Counted from the stretch's first letter, positions 9,359-18,470 are shown. The stretch is DNA of 64,000 bases from an uncultured Methanomassiliicoccus sp. (GCA_964585915.1 CAZPFU010000005.1:7452-71451); one strand, 5' to 3'. A program made the numbers and translations. Notes: a model not told the origin generated them from the letters alone.

Positions 9359-10614
9359 GCGAGGCGGATGGGGCTCTGCGCCTGGGGGAGAGGGTGGCCC
9401 TCACGTCCACCCTGGTCACCGCGCTTCTGGCCCTGGGCAAGGGCGCGGGGGGGCTGCTGACCGGTTCGCTGGTCCTGTTGTCCGATGCGGTGCATTCGGC
9501 CATGGACGTGATGCCGGTGGCCGCCTCCTGGCTTGGATTGAGGGTCAGCCGGAGGAAGCCCGACGAGCGCTTCCCCTATGGCTACTTCAAGGCCGAATCG
9601 GTGGCCACCCTGTTCATATCGCTGTTCATAATATTCGCCGCTCTGGAGCTGGTCGTGGAAGGCTACTCCCGGCTGTTCCAGGCCTCGGAGGTCTCCGAGC
9701 CCCTCCTGGCCGCAGGGGTGTCCCTGGCCTCGGCGATCGCATCGGCCTTGCTGGCCAGGTATCAGGGGGCAGCCGGAGAGCGCATCGGCTCCCAGTCCCT
9801 CATCATCAACGCACGGGACACCTACATGGACGTGTTCGTCTCCCTGATGGTGGTCGCGGCCATCGCCCTTGCGTACTATGAGGTGCCTTACGTGGAGGGC
9901 CTGGCCATCATGGCCATCTCCGTGTTCATCCTCAAGATCGGTCTGGAGTCCATCAAGGACGCGGTGTTCGCCCTGATGGACATCTCCCCGAGCAAGGAGG
10001 TGGAGCAGAGGGTCATCAGGATCATCGGCGGCGTGGCCGGAGTGGAGGGTTTCGCCGGCCTCAAGCTCCGGCGCTCCGGTCCCTTCCTGTTCGGCGAGGT
10101 GGTCGTGAAAGTGCGCAGGCAGCTGGACGTCGAGAGGGCCCACGGGATCTCCGCCCGCCTGGAAGAGGAACTGAGAAGAGAGGTTCGGCAGCTGGAGTCC
10201 ATCACGGTGCACATCGAGCCCTGCGAGGTGCGGGAGGCACGGGTGGTGGTCCCCCTGGCGGAGGACCGGGGCATGGCCTCGATACCTTCGGAGAAGTTCG
10301 GTAGGGCGCCCTTCTTCGCCCTGGCCACGGTGGACCGCGATGAACGCAGGGTGCGGGACCTGGTCATCCTCCCCAACCCGGAGGCCGTTCGGGAGGCGCG
10401 CGCCGGCCTGCACGCGGTCCGGGCCCTGGTGCAGGAAAAGATCGACGTCCTGATAACCCCGGACATCGGGGAGATAGCCTTCCATGCCCTGCGGGACCAC
10501 CTGGTGACCGTTCATGTTCTCCGAGGCCGCCAGCTCGATGAGGTGCTCGACAACTTCCTGAGGGATGAACTGGAGCAGATATTGCAGCCCACCAAGGTGG
10601 ACCAGGATGGTTGA
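9355..10614 (+). CDS. Cation diffusion facilitator fused to a C-terminal NifB/NifX (Fe-Mo cofactor-binding-like) domain
   Basis: LSDAVHSAMD, KPDERFPYGYFKAE CDF motifs, dimerisation domain, then SEKFGRAPFF...IGEIAF NifX-like domain. Confidence 0.85.
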   Translation: MSEADGALRLGERVALTSTLVTALLALGKGAGGLLTGSLVLLSDAVHSAMDVMPVAASWLGLRVSRRKPDERFPYGYFKAESVATLFISLFIIFAALELVVEGYSRLFQASEVSEPLLAAGVSLASAIASALLARYQGAAGERIGSQSLIINARDTYMDVFVSLMVVAAIALAYYEVPYVEGLAIMAISVFILKIGLESIKDAVFALMDISPSKEVEQRVIRIIGGVAGVEGFAGLKLRRSGPFLFGEVVVKVRRQLDVERAHGISARLEEELRREVRQLESITVHIEPCEVREARVVVPLAEDRGMASIPSEKFGRAPFFALATVDRDERRVRDLVILPNPEAVREARAGLHAVRALVQEKIDVLITPDIGEIAFHALRDHLVTVHVLRGRQLDEVLDNFLRDELEQILQPTKVDQDG

Positions 10615-10697
10615 GCGCGGCAATAATTCATTTTTATTGGTACTAAAATTCATTGAAATAATTACTAATAAATAGTGGCAAGGGGAAGACCTTCGCC

Positions 10698-12065
10698 ATG
10701 GCCGATCAACCACCGAGGACCATCACCAGGATGCTCATGGAGAGGCCGGACGGCATAGCCGAGCTGTTCAGCTCAGCGGCCAATCCGGCCAGGGTCAGAA
10801 TGATGGCCCTGATGGCCTGCGGGGAACAGGGGCTGGCGGACCTGATGAACGTCGCCGGCCTGTCCAAGAACGCGGCGGTGAACCACCTCACCAAGCTGAT
10901 GGGCATGGGCATGGTACAGCGGGTGAGCCGTGGTCGTTACGCCCTCACCGACGATGGGCGGGGGCTGATACTGACCGGCACCAGATTGTTCATGGACTCC
11001 AACCAGCGTGGGGAGTTGGAGAGGGAGCGGCTGCGCCAGCTGTACATACGGGGGAGGGAGGAGGGACTGGAGATGGAAAGGAGGACCGTGACTAGAAAGG
11101 GCAGCTACATGTGCTGCTGGATATCATTCAACGGGGCCGTGGGCGGGGCGCTCAGGGCCTTGGGCGTGGATTGCGACCTGGTCGATGTTTCCGGAAGGAC
11201 CGGCTACGCCTTCCTGCTGAACGTGCCCAAGGGCAGGATGTGCCCTTCGGCGCCGACCGCCATGATGGATTCGGTTTACCGGGAGATGGTCAAGGGCGCC
11301 GGGGAACTAGGGGCGGAAGGCCGACTGTGGACGGAACCAGGCGGATACCTGGGCAACGAGGACCCGTCCGATTCGGACCGGGAAAGGGCCAGACGGCTGT
11401 TCGATAGGGTGAGGCATGAGATAGACACATTGGGACGCCCGGTGGTGCTATGGGGTCTGCCCATCCCGGAGTTCGGGATCGTCAACGGATACGAGGGCAG
11501 CAGGTACGTAGCTAGCACCTACCGGTCCATGGATGCCCCGGAAAAGGAGGAGCTGGTGGAGGCGGAGGCCTTGCAGGCCCCGGGATGCCTGATGACGGTG
11601 TCGTTCGCTCCCGCGCCCGATAGTGGGGGGAGATGGCTGGCCAGGGCGGTGGAGATGGCCTCTGGGAAGGTGGAGGTCTGCGAGGGTTACCTAGCGGGAC
11701 CCAAGGCCGCCCAGGAATGGTCCGTCTGCCTGTCGAAGGCGGATGATTCGGAATACATCGGCAACTCGTATACGGCCGCTTGCTGGTCCGAGGGAAGGTC
11801 CAACGCCGGGGTGTTCCTGCGGCGAATGGCCAGGAGGCAGCGCGGACGAGTGAACCGCGAACTGCTGGAGGCGGCCGGCGCCTATGCCAAAGGGGCGCAG
11901 GTCATGGAAGAGTACGTCGGGCTGTTCCCTTTCAACTTCCAGGGCCGGATAGGCGACCAGGCCAGGGAAAGGGGTTCGGCGCTACTGATGGAGCTGAAGG
12001 GATACGAGGAGGACGCCGTGCTGCACATGAAGGAGGCGCTGCTCCACTGGCCCCGGGAAGGTTGA
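10698..12065 (+). CDS. ArsR-type winged-helix regulator fused to a large uncharacterised C-terminal domain
   Basis: ANPARVRMM...LSKNAAVNHLTKL...RGRYALT wHTH in the first ~100 aa; ~330 aa unassigned remainder. Confidence 0.75.
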   Translation: MADQPPRTITRMLMERPDGIAELFSSAANPARVRMMALMACGEQGLADLMNVAGLSKNAAVNHLTKLMGMGMVQRVSRGRYALTDDGRGLILTGTRLFMDSNQRGELERERLRQLYIRGREEGLEMERRTVTRKGSYMCCWISFNGAVGGALRALGVDCDLVDVSGRTGYAFLLNVPKGRMCPSAPTAMMDSVYREMVKGAGELGAEGRLWTEPGGYLGNEDPSDSDRERARRLFDRVRHEIDTLGRPVVLWGLPIPEFGIVNGYEGSRYVASTYRSMDAPEKEELVEAEALQAPGCLMTVSFAPAPDSGGRWLARAVEMASGKVEVCEGYLAGPKAAQEWSVCLSKADDSEYIGNSYTAACWSEGRSNAGVFLRRMARRQRGRVNRELLEAAGAYAKGAQVMEEYVGLFPFNFQGRIGDQARERGSALLMELKGYEEDAVLHMKEALLHWPREG

Positions 12066-12102
12066 CGAACCTATTATTATCCGTTCCATCCTTTCATCTC
12101 CC

Positions 12103-12606
12103 GTGACGGAGGACCTGGTGGGAAAGCCATTTACTGACCGCGTGATGGTGAACGAGCTTGGCCATGAGGTACGCCTCAGCGAGGAATGGTCAAAGGGCAC
12201 CGTACTCCTGCTGGTGTTCTCCTCGGCCTTCGGGTTCGTGTGCAACCTGGAGATGTTGACCTTCACCGCCATGAAGAAGGCCTTTGCTGAGGCTCGTTGC
12301 GAAATATTCGGGGTCAGCAACGACACCCAGAGGTCGTTGGGCGCCTACAGCGAGAACCTGAAGATCGGATTCCACCTGCTGACCGATGAGGATGCGAAGA
12401 TGGCTCGGAGCCTGAAGGCCATGGAGCCGGACGATGGCCCTTGGCCGGGGTTCCCCAAGCGCTCCGAGTTCATGATAGATCGTCGTGGCATCCTCCGCTA
12501 CGCACATATCCCCCCGGACTCCAACTGGGAGCCGGACTACGACGAGATATTGGCTTGGGCCAGGAAGCTGGCTCAGGAGTATGAGGAAGAGGACCAAAAG
12601 AAGTGA
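12103..12606 (+). CDS. Peroxiredoxin/AhpC-TSA family redoxin (atypical active site)
   Basis: LLVFSSAFGFVCNLEM, FGVSND, PKRSEFMIDRRGILRY. Confidence 0.75.
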   Translation: MTEDLVGKPFTDRVMVNELGHEVRLSEEWSKGTVLLLVFSSAFGFVCNLEMLTFTAMKKAFAEARCEIFGVSNDTQRSLGAYSENLKIGFHLLTDEDAKMARSLKAMEPDDGPWPGFPKRSEFMIDRRGILRYAHIPPDSNWEPDYDEILAWARKLAQEYEEEDQKK

Positions 12607-13100
12607 TCAAGATGGACCTGCAGAAGATGCCCAGGGTCGGCGACCTTGCCCCGGATTTTGAGCTTCCCGATGATGCGGGGAAGATGCTCCGCCTAAGCGA
12701 CCTGTGCCGGGAACGTGTGGTCCTTCTTCTTTTCTACCCGGCCGACTTCGGCATGATCTGCAGCATTCAGATGGGCGAGCTGCGGGACATTAACGAGGAG
12801 TTCCTGGCCGCCGGGGTCATGGTGCTGCCGCTGGGCACCAATAGCATACGTTCGCACGCGGCCTGGAAGGAAGCGATGCGTTTGCCCTTCCCCCTGTTGG
12901 CAGATGAAGATGCCAGGGTCACCAGGGAGTGGAACATGGCCTGCGATGACGATGACCTGCTGAGGAACCGCGCCTGCCGCGGCGCTTTCATCATCGACCG
13001 GAAAGGGATCGTCCGTTATCGCTGGATCCCGCCCACCCCGCACCAGGGTCCGGACGTGCCTTCGTTGCTTCGAGAGTCGACGGCTATCGCGAAGCGGTGA
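12603..13100 (+). CDS. Peroxiredoxin/AhpC-TSA family redoxin (atypical active site)
   Basis: VGDLAPDFEL, FYPADFGMICSIQM, FPLLAD, RGAFIIDRKGIVRY. Confidence 0.8.
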   Translation: MIKMDLQKMPRVGDLAPDFELPDDAGKMLRLSDLCRERVVLLLFYPADFGMICSIQMGELRDINEEFLAAGVMVLPLGTNSIRSHAAWKEAMRLPFPLLADEDARVTREWNMACDDDDLLRNRACRGAFIIDRKGIVRYRWIPPTPHQGPDVPSLLRESTAIAKR

Positions 13101-13752
13101 GCTTGCCGATACGCAGCTGGCCCGAATCCCTGACGAACTCCACCTGGACCTCCTGTGCCACCAGCGGATAAGCGTGCATCGGCGAATCCAGGACCAGGGT
13201 CTCGTATTCCCCGCCCTCGCCGGAGACGTTCATTCCCCTTCTTTCTGCCAAAGATGAGAGCTGATCGACCGCGCCACGATCAAGCGTCCTGCCCAGCCAT
13301 TCCTGGCCCAGGCCGTCGGAGTAGACGCCGACTATCATCGCCTTCATCCCGGCCTGCAGCATGTCGTTCAGCAAGGTCAGCTGGTCCTTGCGCCACAGCG
13401 GCGAGAAGACCCTGAGCCCGATCTCGTGGCAGACGCCGTTGATGCGGTCCCACTGGTAATCGGAGGCGATCGCCCCGGTGACCACCCCTTCCACGTCCAG
13501 ACCGGACAGGGCGGACCTCAGGGCTTCCAGGTCGGCTCCCTCCTCGCCGCTGGACGGGACGGCGATGAGGTCCTTGCCCATCGCCATGGCCATCTCCGGA
13601 AGGTGCTCCAGATTGAGCGTGTGGAAGACCCAGGAATGGGGGTCCTCCGGCACCACGGTCACCAGGCAGACCACCTCATGTCCGGCCTGCTCCATGAGAT
13701 GGGCGGCGTACGTGGAGTCCTTGCCGCCGGAGAAGAGACAGGCCAAGCGCAT
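13084..13752 (-). CDS. dph6: Diphthine--ammonia ligase (PP-loop ATPase)
   Basis: LFSGGKDS, GAIASDYQ, PLWRKDQ, GEGGEYETLV. Confidence 0.9.
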   Translation of the reverse strand: MRLACLFSGGKDSTYAAHLMEQAGHEVVCLVTVVPEDPHSWVFHTLNLEHLPEMAMAMGKDLIAVPSSGEEGADLEALRSALSGLDVEGVVTGAIASDYQWDRINGVCHEIGLRVFSPLWRKDQLTLLNDMLQAGMKAMIVGVYSDGLGQEWLGRTLDRGAVDQLSSLAERRGMNVSGEGGEYETLVLDSPMHAYPLVAQEVQVEFVRDSGQLRIGKLTASR

Positions 13753-13836
13753 GAACCTGGAATTGCGTTAGCGGATTTAATCCATGCGGGGCAAGGATTG
13801 AAATTGATTTCCGGGCATAACCCCTGCGGTACGAGA

Positions 13837-14001
13837 ATGCCCTTACACTGCCCGCGCTGCAAAAAGAACATCGACAAGGCCAAGGTCGATGAGATCGACG
13901 CCCAGCTGATGAGCACATACCACAACGACGCTCTGAGACGCGGGCTGTGCCCGGTCTGCATGACCCCTCTCATCGACACCGAGAAGAAGGTGAAGGAATG
14001 A
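13837..14001 (+). CDS. 54-aa zinc-finger microprotein (CPRC...CPVC)
   Basis: MPLHCPRCKK...GLCPVCMTPL; ATGA-coupled to the creatininase gene. Confidence 0.75.
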   Translation: MPLHCPRCKKNIDKAKVDEIDAQLMSTYHNDALRRGLCPVCMTPLIDTEKKVKE

Positions 14002-14705
14002 GAATGGACGAGATGTCCTCCGCTTTCTTCGCCGAAGCGGTGAAGAAGGACCCGATAGTCTTCCTACCCATGGGCGCCATGGAAGCGCACGGCCCGCACC
14101 TACCTCTGGGCACGGACACCTTCCAGCCCGAGTTCGTCGTCAAGGCCGTGAGCGAAAACGTCGGCGGGATCGTCGCCCCCACCATCAACTACGGCCAGCA
14201 CTCCTCCACCCGTAACTTCCCGGGGACCATCGACATCAGCTTCGATACCCTGCGTTCTTTGGTCATGGACATCCTGGACGCCTTCCAGAGGAACGGCATA
14301 AGGAAGGTGGTCATCGTCTCCGGCCATCTCGGCTCCGTTCACCGCGCCGCCATCAAGCTGGCCTGCGAGAGGGCGGCCAGACAGGGCCTTAAGGTAATGT
14401 TCCTCAGCGATTACGAGCTGGCGTATCTGAAGAAACCTGACGTTTGCGAGGGACTGCCGGACGGACACGGCGGAATAATCGAAACGTCCAGGATAATCGA
14501 TATCCGGCCGGACCTGGTGAAGGAGGAGCGTACCGCCGGGGAGTTCGTGGACACCCATTTCATGGTCCGGGCGGACGCTGAAAGCTGTTTGCCGCAGGGG
14601 TTCGGCGGGGATGCCAGGAGAGCGAGCAAGGAGAAGGGCAGGTTCGTCAATCAGTTCGTCATCGACGCGTTGACCGACCTGGTCCGCCAGAACTTCGAGG
14701 GTTAG
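13998..14705 (+). CDS. Creatininase/creatinine amidohydrolase family protein
   Basis: PMGAMEAHGPHLPLGTD, GHLG, DGHGGIIETS. Confidence 0.88.
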   Translation: MRMDEMSSAFFAEAVKKDPIVFLPMGAMEAHGPHLPLGTDTFQPEFVVKAVSENVGGIVAPTINYGQHSSTRNFPGTIDISFDTLRSLVMDILDAFQRNGIRKVVIVSGHLGSVHRAAIKLACERAARQGLKVMFLSDYELAYLKKPDVCEGLPDGHGGIIETSRIIDIRPDLVKEERTAGEFVDTHFMVRADAESCLPQGFGGDARRASKEKGRFVNQFVIDALTDLVRQNFEG

Positions 14706-14706
14706 G

Positions 14707-15381
14707 ATGAGCGAAAAGAAGAGGCTGGCCGCGGAGAAGGCCGTGGAGCTGGTGCAGGACGGCATGAAGGTCGGGCTCGGGACCGGAAGCACCGCCTTTT
14801 TCGCTATCGAGGCCATCGGCCGGCTGGTCAAGGACGGCTATAAGATATTGGCCGTGCCGACCTCGACGGTCAGCGAGAAGCAGGCCCGGGAGCTAGGCAT
14901 ACCTTTGGCGACCCTGGAGGAGGCCGGTACGCTGGACATCACCATAGACGGGGCGGACGAGGTGGACGCCAACCTCGACCTCATCAAGGGCATGGGCGGG
15001 GCGCTTCTGCGGGAGAAAATAGTCGCCCACTCCACCCGTATGGAGGTCATCGTGGTGGACGATTCCAAGATGGTGTCGAAGCTAGGGACCAAGTTCCCTC
15101 TTCCTGTGGAGGTGGTGCCGTTCTCGCATGGACGGACCAGAACGTACATGGAGGAGCTGGGCTGCCGGGCCGAGCTGCGCGGCGGGGACACTCCCTTCGT
15201 CACGGACAACGGCAATTACATCTATCACCTTCATTTCGAGCACGGGATCAGGGACCCCTACGACCTTCAGAAGAGGCTCAAGGAAATACCGGGAGTGGTG
15301 GAGACCGGCCTGTTCCTGAACATGGCCAAAAGGGTGATAGTGGCTTCCGATTCAGGTATAAGGGTGATGGAAAGGGTTTGA
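14707..15381 (+). CDS. rpiA: Ribose-5-phosphate isomerase A
   Basis: GLGTGST, DGADEVD, IKGMGGALLREKIVA, TDNGNYI, PGVVETGLF. Confidence 0.95.
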   Translation: MSEKKRLAAEKAVELVQDGMKVGLGTGSTAFFAIEAIGRLVKDGYKILAVPTSTVSEKQARELGIPLATLEEAGTLDITIDGADEVDANLDLIKGMGGALLREKIVAHSTRMEVIVVDDSKMVSKLGTKFPLPVEVVPFSHGRTRTYMEELGCRAELRGGDTPFVTDNGNYIYHLHFEHGIRDPYDLQKRLKEIPGVVETGLFLNMAKRVIVASDSGIRVMERV

Positions 15382-15753
15382 TCAGGGGTTCAGGGAGAGC
15401 GCCTTGAGCTGATCGATGTTCTTCTCGATCGACTCCATCCGCTTCCTCTCTTCCTTCTCCAAGGTCTCGATGATCTTGTCGAAGGGGATGGCCAACTTGT
15501 AGGCGTGCACCGGCCTGCCCTTTCCTTCCTTCTTGATGTCCCTCTTGATTACCCACTTGCGGCGGCGAAGCTCCTGCATAGCGATGGAGACCTCAGGCTG
15601 ACGGAGAGCGGTCATGATCTCTATTTCGACAGATGTCGTTTCTTCCTTCTTGCGCAGGAACGCCAAAGTTTTCGCGACGTTCTTGGGCATTCCGGTGTTC
15701 ACCAGCAGGTCTACTAGAGATTCGTCCTTCTTGTTGAAGCCTTTGTCGGCCAT
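15382..15753 (-). CDS. Archaeal winged-helix transcriptional regulator
   Basis: SVEIEIMTALRQPEVSIAMQEL...GKGRPVHAY wHTH pattern with a coiled C-terminus. Confidence 0.8.
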   Translation of the reverse strand: MADKGFNKKDESLVDLLVNTGMPKNVAKTLAFLRKKEETTSVEIEIMTALRQPEVSIAMQELRRRKWVIKRDIKKEGKGRPVHAYKLAIPFDKIIETLEKEERKRMESIEKNIDQLKALSLNP

Positions 15754-16243
15754 GTCACATCACCCTATTTTTTATTTATAAATACATATCAATTATTATT
15801 TGATTGATATATATTACTTTCTATTCGCATAATATTTTAATTTGCTGGCCATACTACTGGCTATGTGGATTTAAGCTCTGTTAAACTTAAATGGCATACA
15901 GCGAATATTATGTTGGGAAATCCCCGAGAATTACAGCCCTATTATAAACTTTCGTTTATTATTTGACTAGTGATAAAGATTAGCATAGGTAACCCCGGCC
16001 TTTCGACCTTCGATCCGCTCAATTCAGATAATTAATAAATATAAAAAATAAATTCATTATATATCATAGATGAATGTTGGAAAATACCGATTTCATATAG
16101 CAATCGACGTAATTCTTGGACCCCGGAACCCTTATACTCCCGGGATAACCTACCCAGCATGCTCGGGCATGGTTTTTTTCCATGCTAAGGGTTTAAATAG
16201 AGAATGAGTATTAAGGCATTTTTGCTCCAATGGGATGAATATT

Positions 16244-16522
16244 ATGAAGATGCCTAGGTCCATCAAGACTTACTGTCCATCCTGCAAGACTCATACCGAT
16301 CACGAGGTCGAGAGGGTTAAGAAGAAGAAGGCCAGCGAGATGAAGTGGGGTCAGAGAAGGTTCCGCAGGGCTACCGCCGGTTACGGAGGTTTCCCCAGGC
16401 CAAAGCCTGAAGGGCGCGAGAAGCCCACCAAGAGGATCTCCCTGAGATACCGCTGTAAGAAGTGCAAAAAGGCCCACCAGAGCGCTTGCTTCCGGGCCAA
16501 GAAGTTCGAGCTGACGGAGTGA
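16244..16522 (+). CDS. rpl44e: 50S ribosomal protein L44e
   Basis: [31 protein letters not shown]. Confidence 0.95.
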   Translation: MKMPRSIKTYCPSCKTHTDHEVERVKKKKASEMKWGQRRFRRATAGYGGFPRPKPEGREKPTKRISLRYRCKKCKKAHQSACFRAKKFELTE

Positions 16523-16527
16523 TTTTC

Positions 16528-16701
16528 ATGGCCACCACCGGTAAGTTCATAAAAGTGAAGTGTCAGGATTGCGGAAACGAGCAGATCACCTACAAGAAGC
16601 CGGCCATGAACGTGGCCTGCGCGGTGTGCGGCTCTACCCTGGTCAAGTCCCGCGGAGGCGAGGGCGAGGTCAGGGGAGAGCTGCTTGAGGTGGTCGACTA
16701 A
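16528..16701 (+). CDS. rps27e: 30S ribosomal protein S27e
   Basis: FIKVKCQDCGNEQ..Y...CAVCG zinc ribbon; operon position. Confidence 0.93.
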   Translation: MATTGKFIKVKCQDCGNEQITYKKPAMNVACAVCGSTLVKSRGGEGEVRGELLEVVD

Positions 16702-17483
16702 TGGCTAGGGTCGGCGAGTTCCCCGAGGAAGGGGAGCTCGTGGTCTGCACTGTGCAGAACGTCAAGAACTTCGGGGCGTTCGTAACGCTCGACGAGTACG
16801 GCGGCAAGGAAGGCTTCATTCACGTTCGGGATGTGGCGACCGGATGGGTCAAGTACATCCGTGACTACGTGAGGGAAGGCCAGAAGGTCGTCTGCAAGGT
16901 TCTGGGTGTGGACTCGACCAAGGGACATATCGATCTTTCCTTAAAATCCGTCAACGAGCACCAGCGCCGGGAGAAGGTCCAGCAGTGGAAGAACGAGACC
17001 AAGGCCGAGAAGCTATTGGAGATCGTCGCCACCCGGCTGGAGAAGACCCCCGACCAGTGCTGGGAGGAGTTCGGATATCTTTTAGTGGACGCCTTCGGAA
17101 CTTTGTACGGGGCGTTCGAGAGCTGCGCCATTGACGATAACGCCCTGGAGGAGGCCGAACTCTCCGGGGATTGGACCGACGCGTTCATCGAGGTGGCCAA
17201 GGAGAACGTCACCCCGCCCTTCGTTCAGATAGCCGGGATATTGGAGCTGCGCTCTCCCGCCCCGGACGGAGTGGACCGCATCAAGGCCGCCCTGAAGAAA
17301 GGTCAGGAATCCTCGGAAGAGGAGCTTCAGATCCAGTACATCGGCGCTCCCCGCTACCGCCTGGTAATGAGCGCCCCGGACTATAAGACCGCGGAGGAGG
17401 CCTTGAAGGAGGTCACCAACTTGGTCATCGCCGAGATCAAAGAGACCGGCGGGGACGGCGCGTTCCACCGGGACGCCAAGTGA
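16701..17483 (+). CDS. eif2a: Translation initiation factor aIF2 alpha subunit
   Basis: FPEEGELVVCTV S1 domain, KGHIDLSLK, YIGAPRYR. Confidence 0.95.
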   Translation: MARVGEFPEEGELVVCTVQNVKNFGAFVTLDEYGGKEGFIHVRDVATGWVKYIRDYVREGQKVVCKVLGVDSTKGHIDLSLKSVNEHQRREKVQQWKNETKAEKLLEIVATRLEKTPDQCWEEFGYLLVDAFGTLYGAFESCAIDDNALEEAELSGDWTDAFIEVAKENVTPPFVQIAGILELRSPAPDGVDRIKAALKKGQESSEEELQIQYIGAPRYRLVMSAPDYKTAEEALKEVTNLVIAEIKETGGDGAFHRDAK

Positions 17484-17543
17484 TTGTACGGCAAAGTGAT
17501 TTATCGAGGTCTAGTCTTATACTGGTCCGCAGGCGATAGGACA

Positions 17544-17705
17544 ATGAAGACCACCCTGAGGAAATGCGATAGGTGCCGGGAGTACACTCTCAAGGACACC
17601 TGCCCCAGGTGCGGTTCCCAGACCTCCACGCCCATACCCCCTCGGTTCTCCCCGGACGACAGGTACGGCGAGTACCGGAGGAGGGCGCGTCAGGAGAACA
17701 GGTGA
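17544..17705 (+). CDS. nop10: H/ACA RNP component Nop10
   Basis: C..C..YTLK..CP.CG, PPRFSPDDRYGEYR. Confidence 0.93.
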   Translation: MKTTLRKCDRCREYTLKDTCPRCGSQTSTPIPPRFSPDDRYGEYRRRARQENR

Positions 17706-17710
17706 TTCAC

Positions 17711-18469
17711 ATGGATAGCGTCATAATGGTCATGCATGAGCGGCCCGAGCTGCGCGCCCCCGTACTCATCGAGGGGTTGCCAGGGGTCGGCAACGTCGGC
17801 AAGCTGGCGGCGGAACACCTGGTTGAGCAGGTCAAGGCGACGAAGTTCGCCGACATCTACTCCAAGCACTTCCCACCGCAGGTGCTGCTGGACGACGACG
17901 GCGTCATCCGCCTGGTCAACAACGAGCTTCACTATTACCGCGGCGAGGGCGACCGCCCCGACATCATCATAATGACCGGGGACTACCAGGGAATGACGCC
18001 CGATGGACAGTACGAGCTTTCGCATCACGCCATCCAGGTCTGCAAGGACCTGGGCGTCAGCCGCATCTACACCCTGGGCGGCTACGGGGTCGGGAAGATA
18101 GTGGAGAAGCCGCGGGTGCTGGGCGCAGTGACGGACATCGCCCTCTGCGAGGAGATGACCAACCATGGGGTCATTTTCTCCAAGGGAGAGCCGGGCAGCG
18201 GCATCGTCGGCGCCTCCGGGCTGATGCTCGGGCTGGGGAAGATGGAAGGGATACAAGCGGTCTGCCTCATGGGCGAGACCTCCGGTTACTTCGTCGATCC
18301 CAAGGGGGCGGAGGCGGTGCTGCGCGTGCTGATGTCCTTGATGCACATCGAGCTGGACCTTTCCGCGCTCACGGACAAGGCCGAGCAGATCGACCTCATC
18401 GCCAGCAAGCTGAAGGAGGCCGAGACGCCCGACGCGCCGAAGCGCGAGGACCTGGGCTACATCGGCTAA
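17711..18469 (+). CDS. Proteasome assembly chaperone PAC2 family protein
   Basis: LIEGLPGVGNVGK, TLGGY, GASGL, MGETSGY; conserved position after nop10. Confidence 0.9.
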   Translation: MDSVIMVMHERPELRAPVLIEGLPGVGNVGKLAAEHLVEQVKATKFADIYSKHFPPQVLLDDDGVIRLVNNELHYYRGEGDRPDIIIMTGDYQGMTPDGQYELSHHAIQVCKDLGVSRIYTLGGYGVGKIVEKPRVLGAVTDIALCEEMTNHGVIFSKGEPGSGIVGASGLMLGLGKMEGIQAVCLMGETSGYFVDPKGAEAVLRVLMSLMHIELDLSALTDKAEQIDLIASKLKEAETPDAPKREDLGYIG

Positions 18470-18470
18470 A

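Noticed and set aside
14703-14709. Pyrrolysine read-through fusing creatininase to rpiA (and similar TAG-ending genes to neighbours)
   Set aside because: The downstream gene is in a different frame; read-through of the other TAG stops leads to a nearby stop or antisense sequence
15754-16243. Replication origin in the long AT-rich gap
   Set aside because: No ORB-like GTTCCA..GAAA/G-string repeats and no orc1/cdc6 nearby
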